A DNA stretch of 55,405 bases from Bacteroidota bacterium (GCA_030631845.1 DAOVKJ010000002.1:1-55405), one strand, 5' to 3'. Positions 18,506-27,266 are shown, counted from the stretch's first letter. Notes: generated by a model from the letters alone, not told the origin. Translations and numbers: made by a program.

Positions 18506-20833
18506 TTACTTAAGAATGGCAGAAAGTTGCTGAATAATACTATTCAGGTTGTCACCGGTCTCCTCGTCAAGGATTTTGAAACTCACATTTTCATTGTTGA
18601 CCTCCTGCAGGAAGTTTGAAGCAAGAATGGCCCTGGAGTAGTTGCTGTCTATCAGGTATTCCGAGTTTTTTACGGTGATTCCCTCCCTCACTTTCACCAC
18701 GTATTTCTTAAAATCTATGGTGGAGAAGAGGTCCTCCGTGTCGGGATAATCCTCCAGAAACAACATCTGTTTATTGGCCAGGTCGATTTTATTGTCGTAC
18801 TGCTCTTGCATCAGTTTTTCATGTACCAGCCTCTCTTCGGCATTACCGAAATTGAGAATGACATAGTCGATGCCCCAACCCATCAGGATATTGACCATCA
18901 TAGGGATGCTCTCTGCTCCTGAAGCAGGCAGGAAATAGCACTCTTTTTCGAAGCCGGTAAGTGCAACGACTGCTTTCATGAAATAGTAGGTAGCCAGATC
19001 CTTGACAATGACATTGTTGAAGGATTTGATAATCTCTTGCTGGCTCAGTCTTGCACCCATGGTGGAGTAGATGGGAGAGAGGGTGTCGGCCGTAGCCGAT
19101 TTGAGAGATCTCGCACTGTAGACCAGGGTTTCACTCTTCATATCGTCTTCGATGGCGCGCTGGACAGCCAGGATCCTGTATAACTTGTTTACATCGATCA
19201 GGTGGGGGGAGTGGGTGGTATAGATGATCTGTATCCGCTCCCGGATATCATCAAACACTTTAAGCACATCTTCCTGGGCTCTTGCATGCAGGCTAACTGC
19301 CGGTTCATCGATCAACAGCACCTTATCGTGCTTGCTCTTATCCATGGCGGTGGCCTTTAGCTCCAGAAAGAATGAGAGAAACCACCTTACCCCGCGACTC
19401 CGCTGTTTGGGGTAGAGCCGTTCCGACTCGTCTTTGATCCAAAACTCAATATAAGGCTTTCCGCTTTTTTCAGGATTGGTGTGGTCGTAGTGAGAGAGTT
19501 CAAAATTGATTTTAATCTTATTGTTCTTCCCCACATTCTGTCTCCAGAAATCCTGGAAATTGAGTGTGAGTTCCCCATTCAGGTTCTCAATCTTCTGTTT
19601 CAGGATTCTGCTGGAGGGCTGCTGGAAAAAAGAGTACTCCAGTCCGGTGATGGTTAGAAAATTAATGGCTGCTTTATACCCTTCTGCACGTTTGTTAGCC
19701 TTGATAATGTCTTCCAGGTCGATGCGGTTGGGAAGGAGAGAACTAAAATCTTCAAACATTTCAAAATCGGGAAGGATTTTAAAAATTTCTTCTGCAAGTT
19801 CTGTGGAGCTGTAGAATTCCTTCACTGATTCCAGCTCCGTCCGGGCTGCTTTAACGGCCTTTTCGATGGACATCCCTTCAAAGACAAATTCGAGGGAGAG
19901 TAAATGAATATGCTGCTCCTCGAGCAGTCCCGCTATTTCATCTTTAAGCTTCTCATTATCGGTCCTGAATATCTCCTCCCTGATCTCTGCCGCCCGCTGT
20001 TCCCGTTCAGAGGAGTACATTCCGGTCATCTGAAGTAACTGTTTCAGCTGCTCTTGCAAGAGGGCCAGCTCCTCTTTTTTCACAGCTATCTGCTCCTGGA
20101 TATCCTTCAGTTTCCTGCTAACCTTATTTTTTTCATCCAGTGCTTCCAGGATATCACTCTTCTCCTCCTGTTTTACTTTTTTCTGTTCAAGTGTCTCATT
20201 CAGCTTGAAAAACATCTCCTCTTCCAGTTCCAGCTCTTTCTTTAACTCCTCTTTTCTCTCCCTGGAAGGAAATTTCCTGGTGTTTCGCTTGATCTCATTT
20301 ATCCTGAGCCTGATTGTTTCTACCTTTTCGGCGGTCCACTCAGTCTCCTCTTTTGCTTTATTCAGGTTTTTTGAAGCGGTGGTTATGTCACGATTCAGGT
20401 ACTCAAGGTTCTCCATGACCTTCAGTTCCCTCTGCCTGAGATTGTCAAGAGTATCATTATAAAACTCCTGCAATTCATCTCCCATCTCCATATGGGAATC
20501 TATTTCATCTTCCCATCTTCTAGTGATAGAAACGGTTTCCACACTACTGATTAGTTTCCGGATTTCCGGATTCAACCTTCTTTTATCCAGGCGGTTCTCA
20601 ATATCGGCAAATTGAAATCTGAACTTGCAGGTCACCACTGGCAGTGAGAGGTCACTTCTGAGCATATCCTCAATCAGTCTTCCGTCATGGAAGGCCTTAA
20701 GCGCCTCCAGAATAGATGTTTTACCCGATTCGTTCTGACCAATCAGGCTGGTGATATTATCATGGGCCAGCTGGTGCCAGCCGGTATCCACAATGGATCT
20801 GAAGTTCTGAATTCTAAAAGAAACCAAATGCAT
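18506..20833 (-). CDS. OLD/AAA_15-type ABC ATPase with a long coiled-coil insert and a Toprim-like C-terminal domain (catalytic acidic residues not evident)
   Basis: 775 aa. Motifs are 'FRIQNFRSI' followed by Walker A 'GQNESGKTS', a K/E/L heptad-rich insert of about 220 aa, 'RSRGVRWFLSFFLEL', Walker B 'VLLIDEPAVSLH' and H-loop 'YTTHSPHL'. The last 170 aa or so have a beta-alpha-beta pattern. Confidence 0.7.
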   Translation of the reverse strand: MHLVSFRIQNFRSIVDTGWHQLAHDNITSLIGQNESGKTSILEALKAFHDGRLIEDMLRSDLSLPVVTCKFRFQFADIENRLDKRRLNPEIRKLISSVETVSITRRWEDEIDSHMEMGDELQEFYNDTLDNLRQRELKVMENLEYLNRDITTASKNLNKAKEETEWTAEKVETIRLRINEIKRNTRKFPSRERKEELKKELELEEEMFFKLNETLEQKKVKQEEKSDILEALDEKNKVSRKLKDIQEQIAVKKEELALLQEQLKQLLQMTGMYSSEREQRAAEIREEIFRTDNEKLKDEIAGLLEEQHIHLLSLEFVFEGMSIEKAVKAARTELESVKEFYSSTELAEEIFKILPDFEMFEDFSSLLPNRIDLEDIIKANKRAEGYKAAINFLTITGLEYSFFQQPSSRILKQKIENLNGELTLNFQDFWRQNVGKNNKIKINFELSHYDHTNPEKSGKPYIEFWIKDESERLYPKQRSRGVRWFLSFFLELKATAMDKSKHDKVLLIDEPAVSLHARAQEDVLKVFDDIRERIQIIYTTHSPHLIDVNKLYRILAVQRAIEDDMKSETLVYSARSLKSATADTLSPIYSTMGARLSQQEIIKSFNNVIVKDLATYYFMKAVVALTGFEKECYFLPASGAESIPMMVNILMGWGIDYVILNFGNAEERLVHEKLMQEQYDNKIDLANKQMLFLEDYPDTEDLFSTIDFKKYVVKVREGITVKNSEYLIDSNYSRAILASNFLQEVNNENVSFKILDEETGDNLNSIIQQLSAILK

Positions 20834-20843
20834 GTTTCCGGCT

Positions 20844-21647
20844 TTATATAAATCTTATTCCGAATATCAATATGTCGTCCACCTGGAACTCATCACCTTT
20901 CCACTTTGTCATCTGGCGGTCCAGCTCTTTTCGTTGCTCCTTCATGGTCCAATCCGATATCCTGATCAGTAATTCTCTGAACGGTCCATATTTGAATTTC
21001 TTGTTCTTGGGTCCGCCAAACTGATCGGGATAACCGTCAGAAAATAGGTATACGATATCGCCCGGCTTAAGTTGCAGTGTATGGTTGGTAAATGAATTTT
21101 CTTCTATTGCATCGATACCCACCGGCATTTTATCGGCCTTGATTTCGGTAAGCACTTTGTTGCGGACATGATAGAGCGGGTTGTTGGCTCCCGAAAACTG
21201 CAGTTCGCCTGATCTGGGGTGGAACACGCATAGGGCCATATCCATGGCATCTTTGTTTTCCAGTTCGTAACCCCGCTGGTGCAGTGCTTTCATCACCCGT
21301 TCGCGAAGCAGGTTCAGGATCCTGCTGGACCGGATGGGACCCCTGATACTGAGGATCTCATTGAGGAAGGAGACACCCATGATACTCATCAAAGCACCTG
21401 GTACTCCATGCCCGGTACAATCGCCGGCAGCTACTACGATATACTCTTCCTTTCGGGAACAGTAGTAGAAATCACCGCTTACAATATCCCGTGGCTGATG
21501 GAGAATAAAGAACTCTTTGAGCATATTCTCCATGTACTTATGGTTTGGCAGCACGGCTCGCTGTATGAAGCTGGCATATTTGAGGCTTGCCATCAGTTCC
21601 CTGCGTTGATTCAGCAGGTTTTCCCTTGAGAGTTTTGTTTCTTTCAA
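20844..21647 (-). CDS. stand-alone SpoIIE-type PP2C phosphatase
   Basis: 'RDIVSGDFYY', 'AAGDCTGHGVPGALMS', 'FSDGYPDQFGG' and 'DDILIFGIRF' are present. The start is either a TTG at 21647, which overlaps the upstream TGA, or the ATG at 21593. Confidence 0.85.
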   Translation of the reverse strand: MKETKLSRENLLNQRRELMASLKYASFIQRAVLPNHKYMENMLKEFFILHQPRDIVSGDFYYCSRKEEYIVVAAGDCTGHGVPGALMSIMGVSFLNEILSIRGPIRSSRILNLLRERVMKALHQRGYELENKDAMDMALCVFHPRSGELQFSGANNPLYHVRNKVLTEIKADKMPVGIDAIEENSFTNHTLQLKPGDIVYLFSDGYPDQFGGPKNKKFKYGPFRELLIRISDWTMKEQRKELDRQMTKWKGDEFQVDDILIFGIRFI

Positions 21648-24600
21648 TCTATGATAATTCTTAGTCCCATCACCAGGATATCGTCGATCTGACTGAGATT
21701 TCCCATCCAGTCCGACAATGATTTTTCCATGGCTGCACCCTGATCTTTCATTGGAACAGACTGCATTTCCAGGATTAGTTTTTTAAAGTTTCTCGACATA
21801 AACTTCTTCTTTGCCGGTCCGCCAAACTGATCAACGAATCCGTCAGAGAACATATATATGTTATATCCTTCATCTTTGAACATGGAGGCATGGAAAGGCT
21901 CCTTTTTTTCAGATATGCCGATGGGCATATGGTCGGCCCTGATCTGAAGCAACAGGTGTTTGTCATCATGGATAGCGCCCCTGGGCAGGTCCAGTTCCAC
22001 CCCCTTATTTAACTTTGTTTTTTCGCTTCGCTTTAGTTTTCTGACCAGGTATATGGGATTATAGGCACCTGAATATTGAAACTCATTGCTCTTCAGGTCA
22101 ATGGAGACCATGGCCAGGTCCATGCCATCTTTGGAGGAGTCCATACCTCTTTTACCCGACTGCTTGAGTGAGGTAATGACCTGCTCCCTCAACAAATCAA
22201 GGATCTCATTGGTGCCGGTAACCTTCGATTTGTTCACAATCTCGTCTATGAAAGTCATCCCCAGCATACTCATAAAGGCGCCCGGTACACCATGTCCTGT
22301 ACAATCGGCAGCCACAACCAGCAGCTTTTCATTGATGGATCCTATCCAGTAGAAATCACCACTCACAATATCTCTCGGCTTGAAGAGGATAAAATGTTCA
22401 ATGTGATGTTTATCCAATAGCTTTTGTGAGGGCAGCAGGGCCTGTTGGATTCTGCTGGCATATTCGATGCTGTCGGTGAGCTCCTCTTTCTGTTTCCTGA
22501 TCTTGGCAGTACGCTCTTCGATCACCAATTCCAACCTGATATTTTCCTGCTTAAGTCTGCGGGTATAGAGCTTGATAATGATATAAATCAGGAGAGCGGC
22601 AAGAATAAAGTAGACCGCATAGGCCAGGAAACTTGCATACCATGGGGTGAGAATAGTAAAGGACCAGTTGGAGGGAAGGCTCTCCATGCCATACACATTC
22701 CTGGCCTTTACGATCATGGTATAGGTGCCCCAATGCAGGTTGGTAAACTCCCTGAAAGGAACCTTACTCCAGGAGGACCATTCATTCTCAAATCCCAGCA
22801 ACTGATAGCTGTATTCCATCTCTTCCTCCTGTTCAAAGAAGGGAGCGGCCCATTTGAACCGGATGTGATTGAACCTGTAGTTGATCTGCGGTTCGGTACC
22901 TGGTTCCTGGGAATCACTTAACCTGTATGATCCATCCCGGCTCACCCTGAAGTTTGCACCCATAAAAATAACCGAATCACTTCCCAGGGTTACATTCCGG
23001 ATCAATGTGTGGAACTGAACGGTATCTTTTCGAGAGTACCCTTTGTCAAATTGGTAGAGCTTGTTTGATTTTCCAAACCAGACATCTCCCTCAGGATCAG
23101 TGTAGAAAACATCCACAGATGTATTCTCGAGCCGCTGAAATGATTTTTCCTGGATTACCTGGAGTACCCCATCTGTTTTGCTGGCCACCAGTTCGGTCCA
23201 CTCTCCGGCACAGTTTTCAAAAGAGAACCAGAAGTCACCATCAAGATCCTTGTGAAATGCCATCACCAGATTTTCACCCGGAGGCAGGACACTGTTATAG
23301 AAGGTATCCCTGTAGAAGGTATCCCTGAAGAAGTTATACCTGTAAAAACCGTTCCGGGTTCCCAGCAGCACTTCGTCCGTTTCAGGATCGAGGAATACAT
23401 GGTTGTTATCGTTGGAAGGCAAACCATACTTATGGTCCAAAAACTTTGCTGTTGCCTGGGCAGGAGGCTCCAAATCGATTCGGGTCACCATAAATTCTGA
23501 ACTGCCCCAGAAGTAACCATATTTATCAATACATTTCTTCTGTAGAATCTCATCATCGGGAAGCCTGCTTATCCGCATAAACTCCTCCCATCTGCCCCGC
23601 GAATACTCCAATCCAACCAACTGACTCTTTCCGGCATATAACCTGTTCTGATGTTTGGGATCCTGCAGCAGGAACCAGCCGGAATACTCCCCACTACCGG
23701 GTTCCTCTTTAGATGGAGTTACAATCAGGTCCTCCATCCTGGTGACATGCATTTGCTGGTCCACCACATAGATTCCATTCTCTGAGGAGGCCAGCAGAAA
23801 AGATCTGCGGGCCGAAGGGGTGAAGAGAAAAAGCTGGCGAATAATTTCACCGCCGATCACAGGTACCTCGATAAATGATGTCCCGGTGGATGTTGAACTT
23901 TTGTAATATAGTCCCCCGAATGTGGAGATAAACAACCGGCCATTGAACTGTTTGACATCGGTAATAAAGCCTTTAAAACCAGACATTTCGGTAAATACCC
24001 GGAAAGGATTTGAAGGTTCCAGCTTACTGACCCCCATAAAATTGGGAATCCATAACAGACCCGGTGCCTCCTTTTGATCGTTATAGTAGACAGAAGGCAC
24101 CTGTTCATCAATCAATCCTTCGTTTTCATTGATTATCTCACGGGCCTGACCCTCCCTGGTAAGGATGACCACACCGCTGTTCAGGGTCGATACCACAAAA
24201 TCGTCCTGAAATGGCCGGATGTCAGTGATATTACCCTCAATGAGCAAGTCATCCAGCTCCGGTTCGGCAAAATTTCTCTCAATGCTGCCCGATTGAGGAT
24301 TATAGAGGTAAAGCCCATAAAAAAAGGTGCCCATAAGGATCCGGGTTTCATCAAACTGCACCATCCCGGTAATGGTCATCTCTTTGAAGTAGTCCCCGCC
24401 TGGCATTTCAATAAGCCTGCCATCCTGGAACTTCATTAATCCCTTATCTAAATTGGAGACATAGAGGGTACCTTCCACCAGGAAGGAGTAGAGCGAATTC
24501 TCTGCTGTTTGCAGGATGTTTAACTGTTCACTGGAGGTGTCATAGATAAAGATATAGTTGAAGGAGCAGAAATAGACCTTCCCCTGGTGAAAATAGGTTC

Positions 24601-25006
24601 TCCTTACACCCCAAAAGGAGTATAGATTCTGATCGAGGGTGTCGGAGATGGACCTGTATTGCATCTCTCCATGTCTGTCCGGAGCCAGGAATCCAAATTC
24701 AGAGACAGCCCCCACATAGACCACTCCATTGTCGCCTGTTACCATGGAGAGGATCATGGGATCTTTAGGGACCAGGATTCTGCGCCACTCCACACCATCG
24801 TACTCCAGGACCCCTTTGTCGTTGTTTCCCACATAGATGATGCCGCGCGAATCCTGTGTGATGCACCAGTTTTGTTCGCTCCCCTTTGTGATGGCGTGTT
24901 GATAGTTGGTTACTATGGGGACCCCATTCCTGTTGGGCTGCGCAAACAGGATGTTTGTTGCCGGAAAGCAGAGAAGAAAAGCAAAAAGCAGGGATCGCTG
25001 GCCCAT
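21644..25006 (-). CDS. periplasmic propeller/Y_Y_Y sensor fused via one TM helix to a SpoIIE-type PP2C phosphatase
   Basis: 1120 aa. It has a signal peptide, repeated two-component-regulator-propeller-like blades, a Y_Y_Y-like 'YSYQLLGFENEWS...WGTYTMIVKARN' segment, the TM helix 'FLAYAVYFILAALLIYIII', a coiled coil and a PP2C domain ('AADCTGHGVPGAFMS', 'DDILVMGLRI'). Confidence 0.85.
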   Translation of the reverse strand: MGQRSLLFAFLLCFPATNILFAQPNRNGVPIVTNYQHAITKGSEQNWCITQDSRGIIYVGNNDKGVLEYDGVEWRRILVPKDPMILSMVTGDNGVVYVGAVSEFGFLAPDRHGEMQYRSISDTLDQNLYSFWGVRRTYFHQGKVYFCSFNYIFIYDTSSEQLNILQTAENSLYSFLVEGTLYVSNLDKGLMKFQDGRLIEMPGGDYFKEMTITGMVQFDETRILMGTFFYGLYLYNPQSGSIERNFAEPELDDLLIEGNITDIRPFQDDFVVSTLNSGVVILTREGQAREIINENEGLIDEQVPSVYYNDQKEAPGLLWIPNFMGVSKLEPSNPFRVFTEMSGFKGFITDVKQFNGRLFISTFGGLYYKSSTSTGTSFIEVPVIGGEIIRQLFLFTPSARRSFLLASSENGIYVVDQQMHVTRMEDLIVTPSKEEPGSGEYSGWFLLQDPKHQNRLYAGKSQLVGLEYSRGRWEEFMRISRLPDDEILQKKCIDKYGYFWGSSEFMVTRIDLEPPAQATAKFLDHKYGLPSNDNNHVFLDPETDEVLLGTRNGFYRYNFFRDTFYRDTFYNSVLPPGENLVMAFHKDLDGDFWFSFENCAGEWTELVASKTDGVLQVIQEKSFQRLENTSVDVFYTDPEGDVWFGKSNKLYQFDKGYSRKDTVQFHTLIRNVTLGSDSVIFMGANFRVSRDGSYRLSDSQEPGTEPQINYRFNHIRFKWAAPFFEQEEEMEYSYQLLGFENEWSSWSKVPFREFTNLHWGTYTMIVKARNVYGMESLPSNWSFTILTPWYASFLAYAVYFILAALLIYIIIKLYTRRLKQENIRLELVIEERTAKIRKQKEELTDSIEYASRIQQALLPSQKLLDKHHIEHFILFKPRDIVSGDFYWIGSINEKLLVVAADCTGHGVPGAFMSMLGMTFIDEIVNKSKVTGTNEILDLLREQVITSLKQSGKRGMDSSKDGMDLAMVSIDLKSNEFQYSGAYNPIYLVRKLKRSEKTKLNKGVELDLPRGAIHDDKHLLLQIRADHMPIGISEKKEPFHASMFKDEGYNIYMFSDGFVDQFGGPAKKKFMSRNFKKLILEMQSVPMKDQGAAMEKSLSDWMGNLSQIDDILVMGLRIIID
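23298..23327. repeat. perfect 15-nt tandem duplication inside the sensor-PP2C gene (RDTFY RDTFY)
   Basis: tagaaggtatccctg occurs twice back to back (23298-23312 and 23313-23327), in frame. Confidence 0.9.
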
Positions 25007-25053
25007 ATAAGTAACTTTACCTTTTAAATTTAATTAAATCTTTTTTCCCACAC

Positions 25054-25500
25054 CTATTTCAGCAGGCGCAGATCAAAGATGCCACCTTTTACAATATAAC
25101 AGGGAGAGCCACACTCTTCATTGGCATTATATAGATGCATATCATCGGCATCAAAAGCCTCAATGACCCGGTTTCCCGATCGATACGTGGCACGGACCGT
25201 GTAGTTGGCGTCTATCTTTGAATAGAGATAAAACTCCTCATTAGTAGCGGTATCCTGCCAGTCGATCACACCCTCTTCATAGCTTCCCCGGTAAAATGTG
25301 AGGGGTACCGAATCATTTTCAGCATCAATGGTAAGGTAGATGATCAGGTTTGCGCTATCGGGTGCATAACCATAGCAATCTTCGCAATCCACCGACAGCA
25401 TCCAGTCTTCCGGTTCACATGCCGTAAATTTACCTGAAACCAGCACCAGGAGTGCAACTGCAAATAGTTTAGTATGAAATCTCTTTCCGGACATTTTCAT
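25054..25500 (-). CDS. small Cys-containing lipoprotein, unknown function
   Basis: 'MKMSGKRFHTKLFAVALLVLVSGKFTAC' is a lipoprotein-type signal. I chose the ATG at 25500, since the longest ORF would overlap the ankyrin gene by 100 nt. Confidence 0.55.
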   Translation of the reverse strand: MKMSGKRFHTKLFAVALLVLVSGKFTACEPEDWMLSVDCEDCYGYAPDSANLIIYLTIDAENDSVPLTFYRGSYEEGVIDWQDTATNEEFYLYSKIDANYTVRATYRSGNRVIEAFDADDMHLYNANEECGSPCYIVKGGIFDLRLLK

Positions 25501-26908
25501 TACTCTGGTTTGTGATTCTGATGAACAGTGTAATATTTGTCTTCCATGCCCCTTCAAGGAGTGTTCCAAATGTATAACGTTCGGCTCCTGCTTTTATTCC
25601 GGCAATATCCCCCTTCAGGTAGAGGCCGGCCGACAGGGCCAGAGAGTAGTTAACTTTCGGATGGTCGGTGACACCCCTGAAGCTTGGCATGGAGAGCATT
25701 CCATAGAGTCCGCCATAGGCGCCATATTCCATGCCCGATTGGTCGTGCAGGATTGAAAAATTCTTTCCCCCTCCAAGGGTCCACACCCACCGTGACTCCC
25801 TGTATTGGTGTGTCAGCAGTTCTTCTACTTCAATCTGCACCTTCCTGTAAACGGGGCGAAAGTCGATACCGGTTTCAGCAAAAAAACCGAACTTACGATC
25901 CACCAGCGAGATCCGGACCTGCATCATATGTTCGTTGCCTCTGAAAGAGTTGCCCCACCCCAGATTGAACTCTGAAAACCGGGGTCCGGGAGAGGGGGAG
26001 GCTCCGGCTGTTTTTAAAAGCGTGAGAATCTTTGTTTCGCCCTGCTGACGGGCAAGATCATACAGATTTTCGCCAGATTTAATGAGATGATTTACATTGG
26101 CACCGCTATCTATCAGTAGTTTGGCAATTGTGTCTTGCCCACTGAGAACGGCGTGAGCCAGGGGGGTATAATTCTGTTTGTTGACCCTTTCCAGTGCTGC
26201 TCCTTTTTCAAGCAGTAAGCGGGTTATCCTGAGCTCTCCCTGTTGAGCGGCAATCATAAGGGGCGTATTGTTCTGCTTGTCGGGACCATCCGGATCGAGC
26301 CCGTTCTGCAACAGTATATCGGCTGTCTCAATGTGACCGAAGTAGACAGCTGTCATCAGGGCCCTGTTGCCATCTTTGTCACTGATGGTGTCTGAGGCAC
26401 CATAGAAGAGAAGCAGGTCAGCTATTTCATAGTTATTTAGAGCTGCCGCATATAGCAAGGCAGATCCCTGGTAACTGTCACGATGATCCGGGTCGGCCCC
26501 TTTTTCCAGAAGGAAGCATGTCACATCAAAGTGACCGTTGAGCACTGCAATCAGCAGGGGAGTGGTCTCCTCCATAAAGGTTAATTCCGGGTCGGCACCA
26601 TTCAGAACCAGTAGTTTGACCAGGAGCGCATCGCCGCTTTCTGCAGCAAACATCAGAGCGGTCATTCCCCCTTCCGCTTTTGCATTGGGATCGGCCCCCC
26701 GCTTAAGAAGCATCAGTACCGCATCGGGATTCACCTTCAAAACCGATTCAACCAGGTTCCAATCGTCCTCTCCCGCTCTGAAATATGAGGTGTCCACTAT
26801 CTCTCCCATCACTTCATCCTGGGCAAACATATCAGGGCCAGAAAGAGCAGCCAAAAGACCTCCTGTCAGCAAAAAGATGCTTATCCTGATGATTGCTCTT
26901 CTATCCAC
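25469..26908 (-). CDS. exported ankyrin-repeat protein with a C-terminal beta-barrel-like domain
   Basis: It has a GTG start, a signal peptide, about 8 ankyrin repeats ('G.TALM.AA..G....V..LL..GADP') and a 165-aa beta-rich tail ending in an aromatic residue ('...KEISY'). Confidence 0.85.
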   Translation of the reverse strand: MDRRAIIRISIFLLTGGLLAALSGPDMFAQDEVMGEIVDTSYFRAGEDDWNLVESVLKVNPDAVLMLLKRGADPNAKAEGGMTALMFAAESGDALLVKLLVLNGADPELTFMEETTPLLIAVLNGHFDVTCFLLEKGADPDHRDSYQGSALLYAAALNNYEIADLLLFYGASDTISDKDGNRALMTAVYFGHIETADILLQNGLDPDGPDKQNNTPLMIAAQQGELRITRLLLEKGAALERVNKQNYTPLAHAVLSGQDTIAKLLIDSGANVNHLIKSGENLYDLARQQGETKILTLLKTAGASPSPGPRFSEFNLGWGNSFRGNEHMMQVRISLVDRKFGFFAETGIDFRPVYRKVQIEVEELLTHQYRESRWVWTLGGGKNFSILHDQSGMEYGAYGGLYGMLSMPSFRGVTDHPKVNYSLALSAGLYLKGDIAGIKAGAERYTFGTLLEGAWKTNITLFIRITNQSNENVRKEISY

Positions 26909-27266
26909 CTTTTCGTTTTACTTTGAATCCTTTCTCCTTTAACAGGATGATCACCCGGTCTCTGAAATCACCCTGGATCAGTATGTTGTTATCTCCCACT
27001 GATCCTCCCACGCCGCAGCTGCTTTTTAACTCTTTGGCCAGACTTTTTAGATCATCTGTGGTCCCTTTAAAACCTTCTACCAGGGTGACCTTCTTCCCTT
27101 TACGGTTTTTTTTATCAAGGCTCACATAAAGCTGCTGTTGTTGAGGTGAAACGGTTTCCGTCTCCTCCTGCTCTCCCGATTCATATTGAAAATCCGGGTT
27201 GGTTGAATAGACCATTCCCAGCCGTTTCTTCCAGTCATTATCCATAGCTTCTAATAATTGTAGCAT
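26901..27266 (-). CDS. SUI1/eIF1-family translation initiation factor (YciH-like)
   Basis: 'MVYSTNPDF...KKVTLVEGF...DDLKSLAKELKSSCGVGGSV...ILIQGDFRDRV' is the SUI1 fold pattern. Confidence 0.85.
   Translation of the reverse strand: MLQLLEAMDNDWKKRLGMVYSTNPDFQYESGEQEETETVSPQQQQLYVSLDKKNRKGKKVTLVEGFKGTTDDLKSLAKELKSSCGVGGSVGDNNILIQGDFRDRVIILLKEKGFKVKRKGG

Noticed and set aside
18506-20833. Low GC of the OLD-like ATPase gene as evidence for horizontal acquisition
   Set aside because: Spot counts of single 60-nt lines gave roughly 37-45% GC in this gene, against about 63% for one glpK line and about 53% for one RND-pump line. However, tamB and the sulfatase region also look comparably AT-rich by eye. 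Without a proper windowed calculation and codon analysis, this is not diagnostic.
25501-25569. Longer N-terminal extensions offered by the ORF track (lipoprotein from 25569, TauE from 6629, tonB from 8372, MFP from 40136, OMF from 44445)
   Set aside because: Each extension overlaps the preceding gene and precedes an internal Met that begins a proper signal, lipobox or TM sequence. I used the internal starts.
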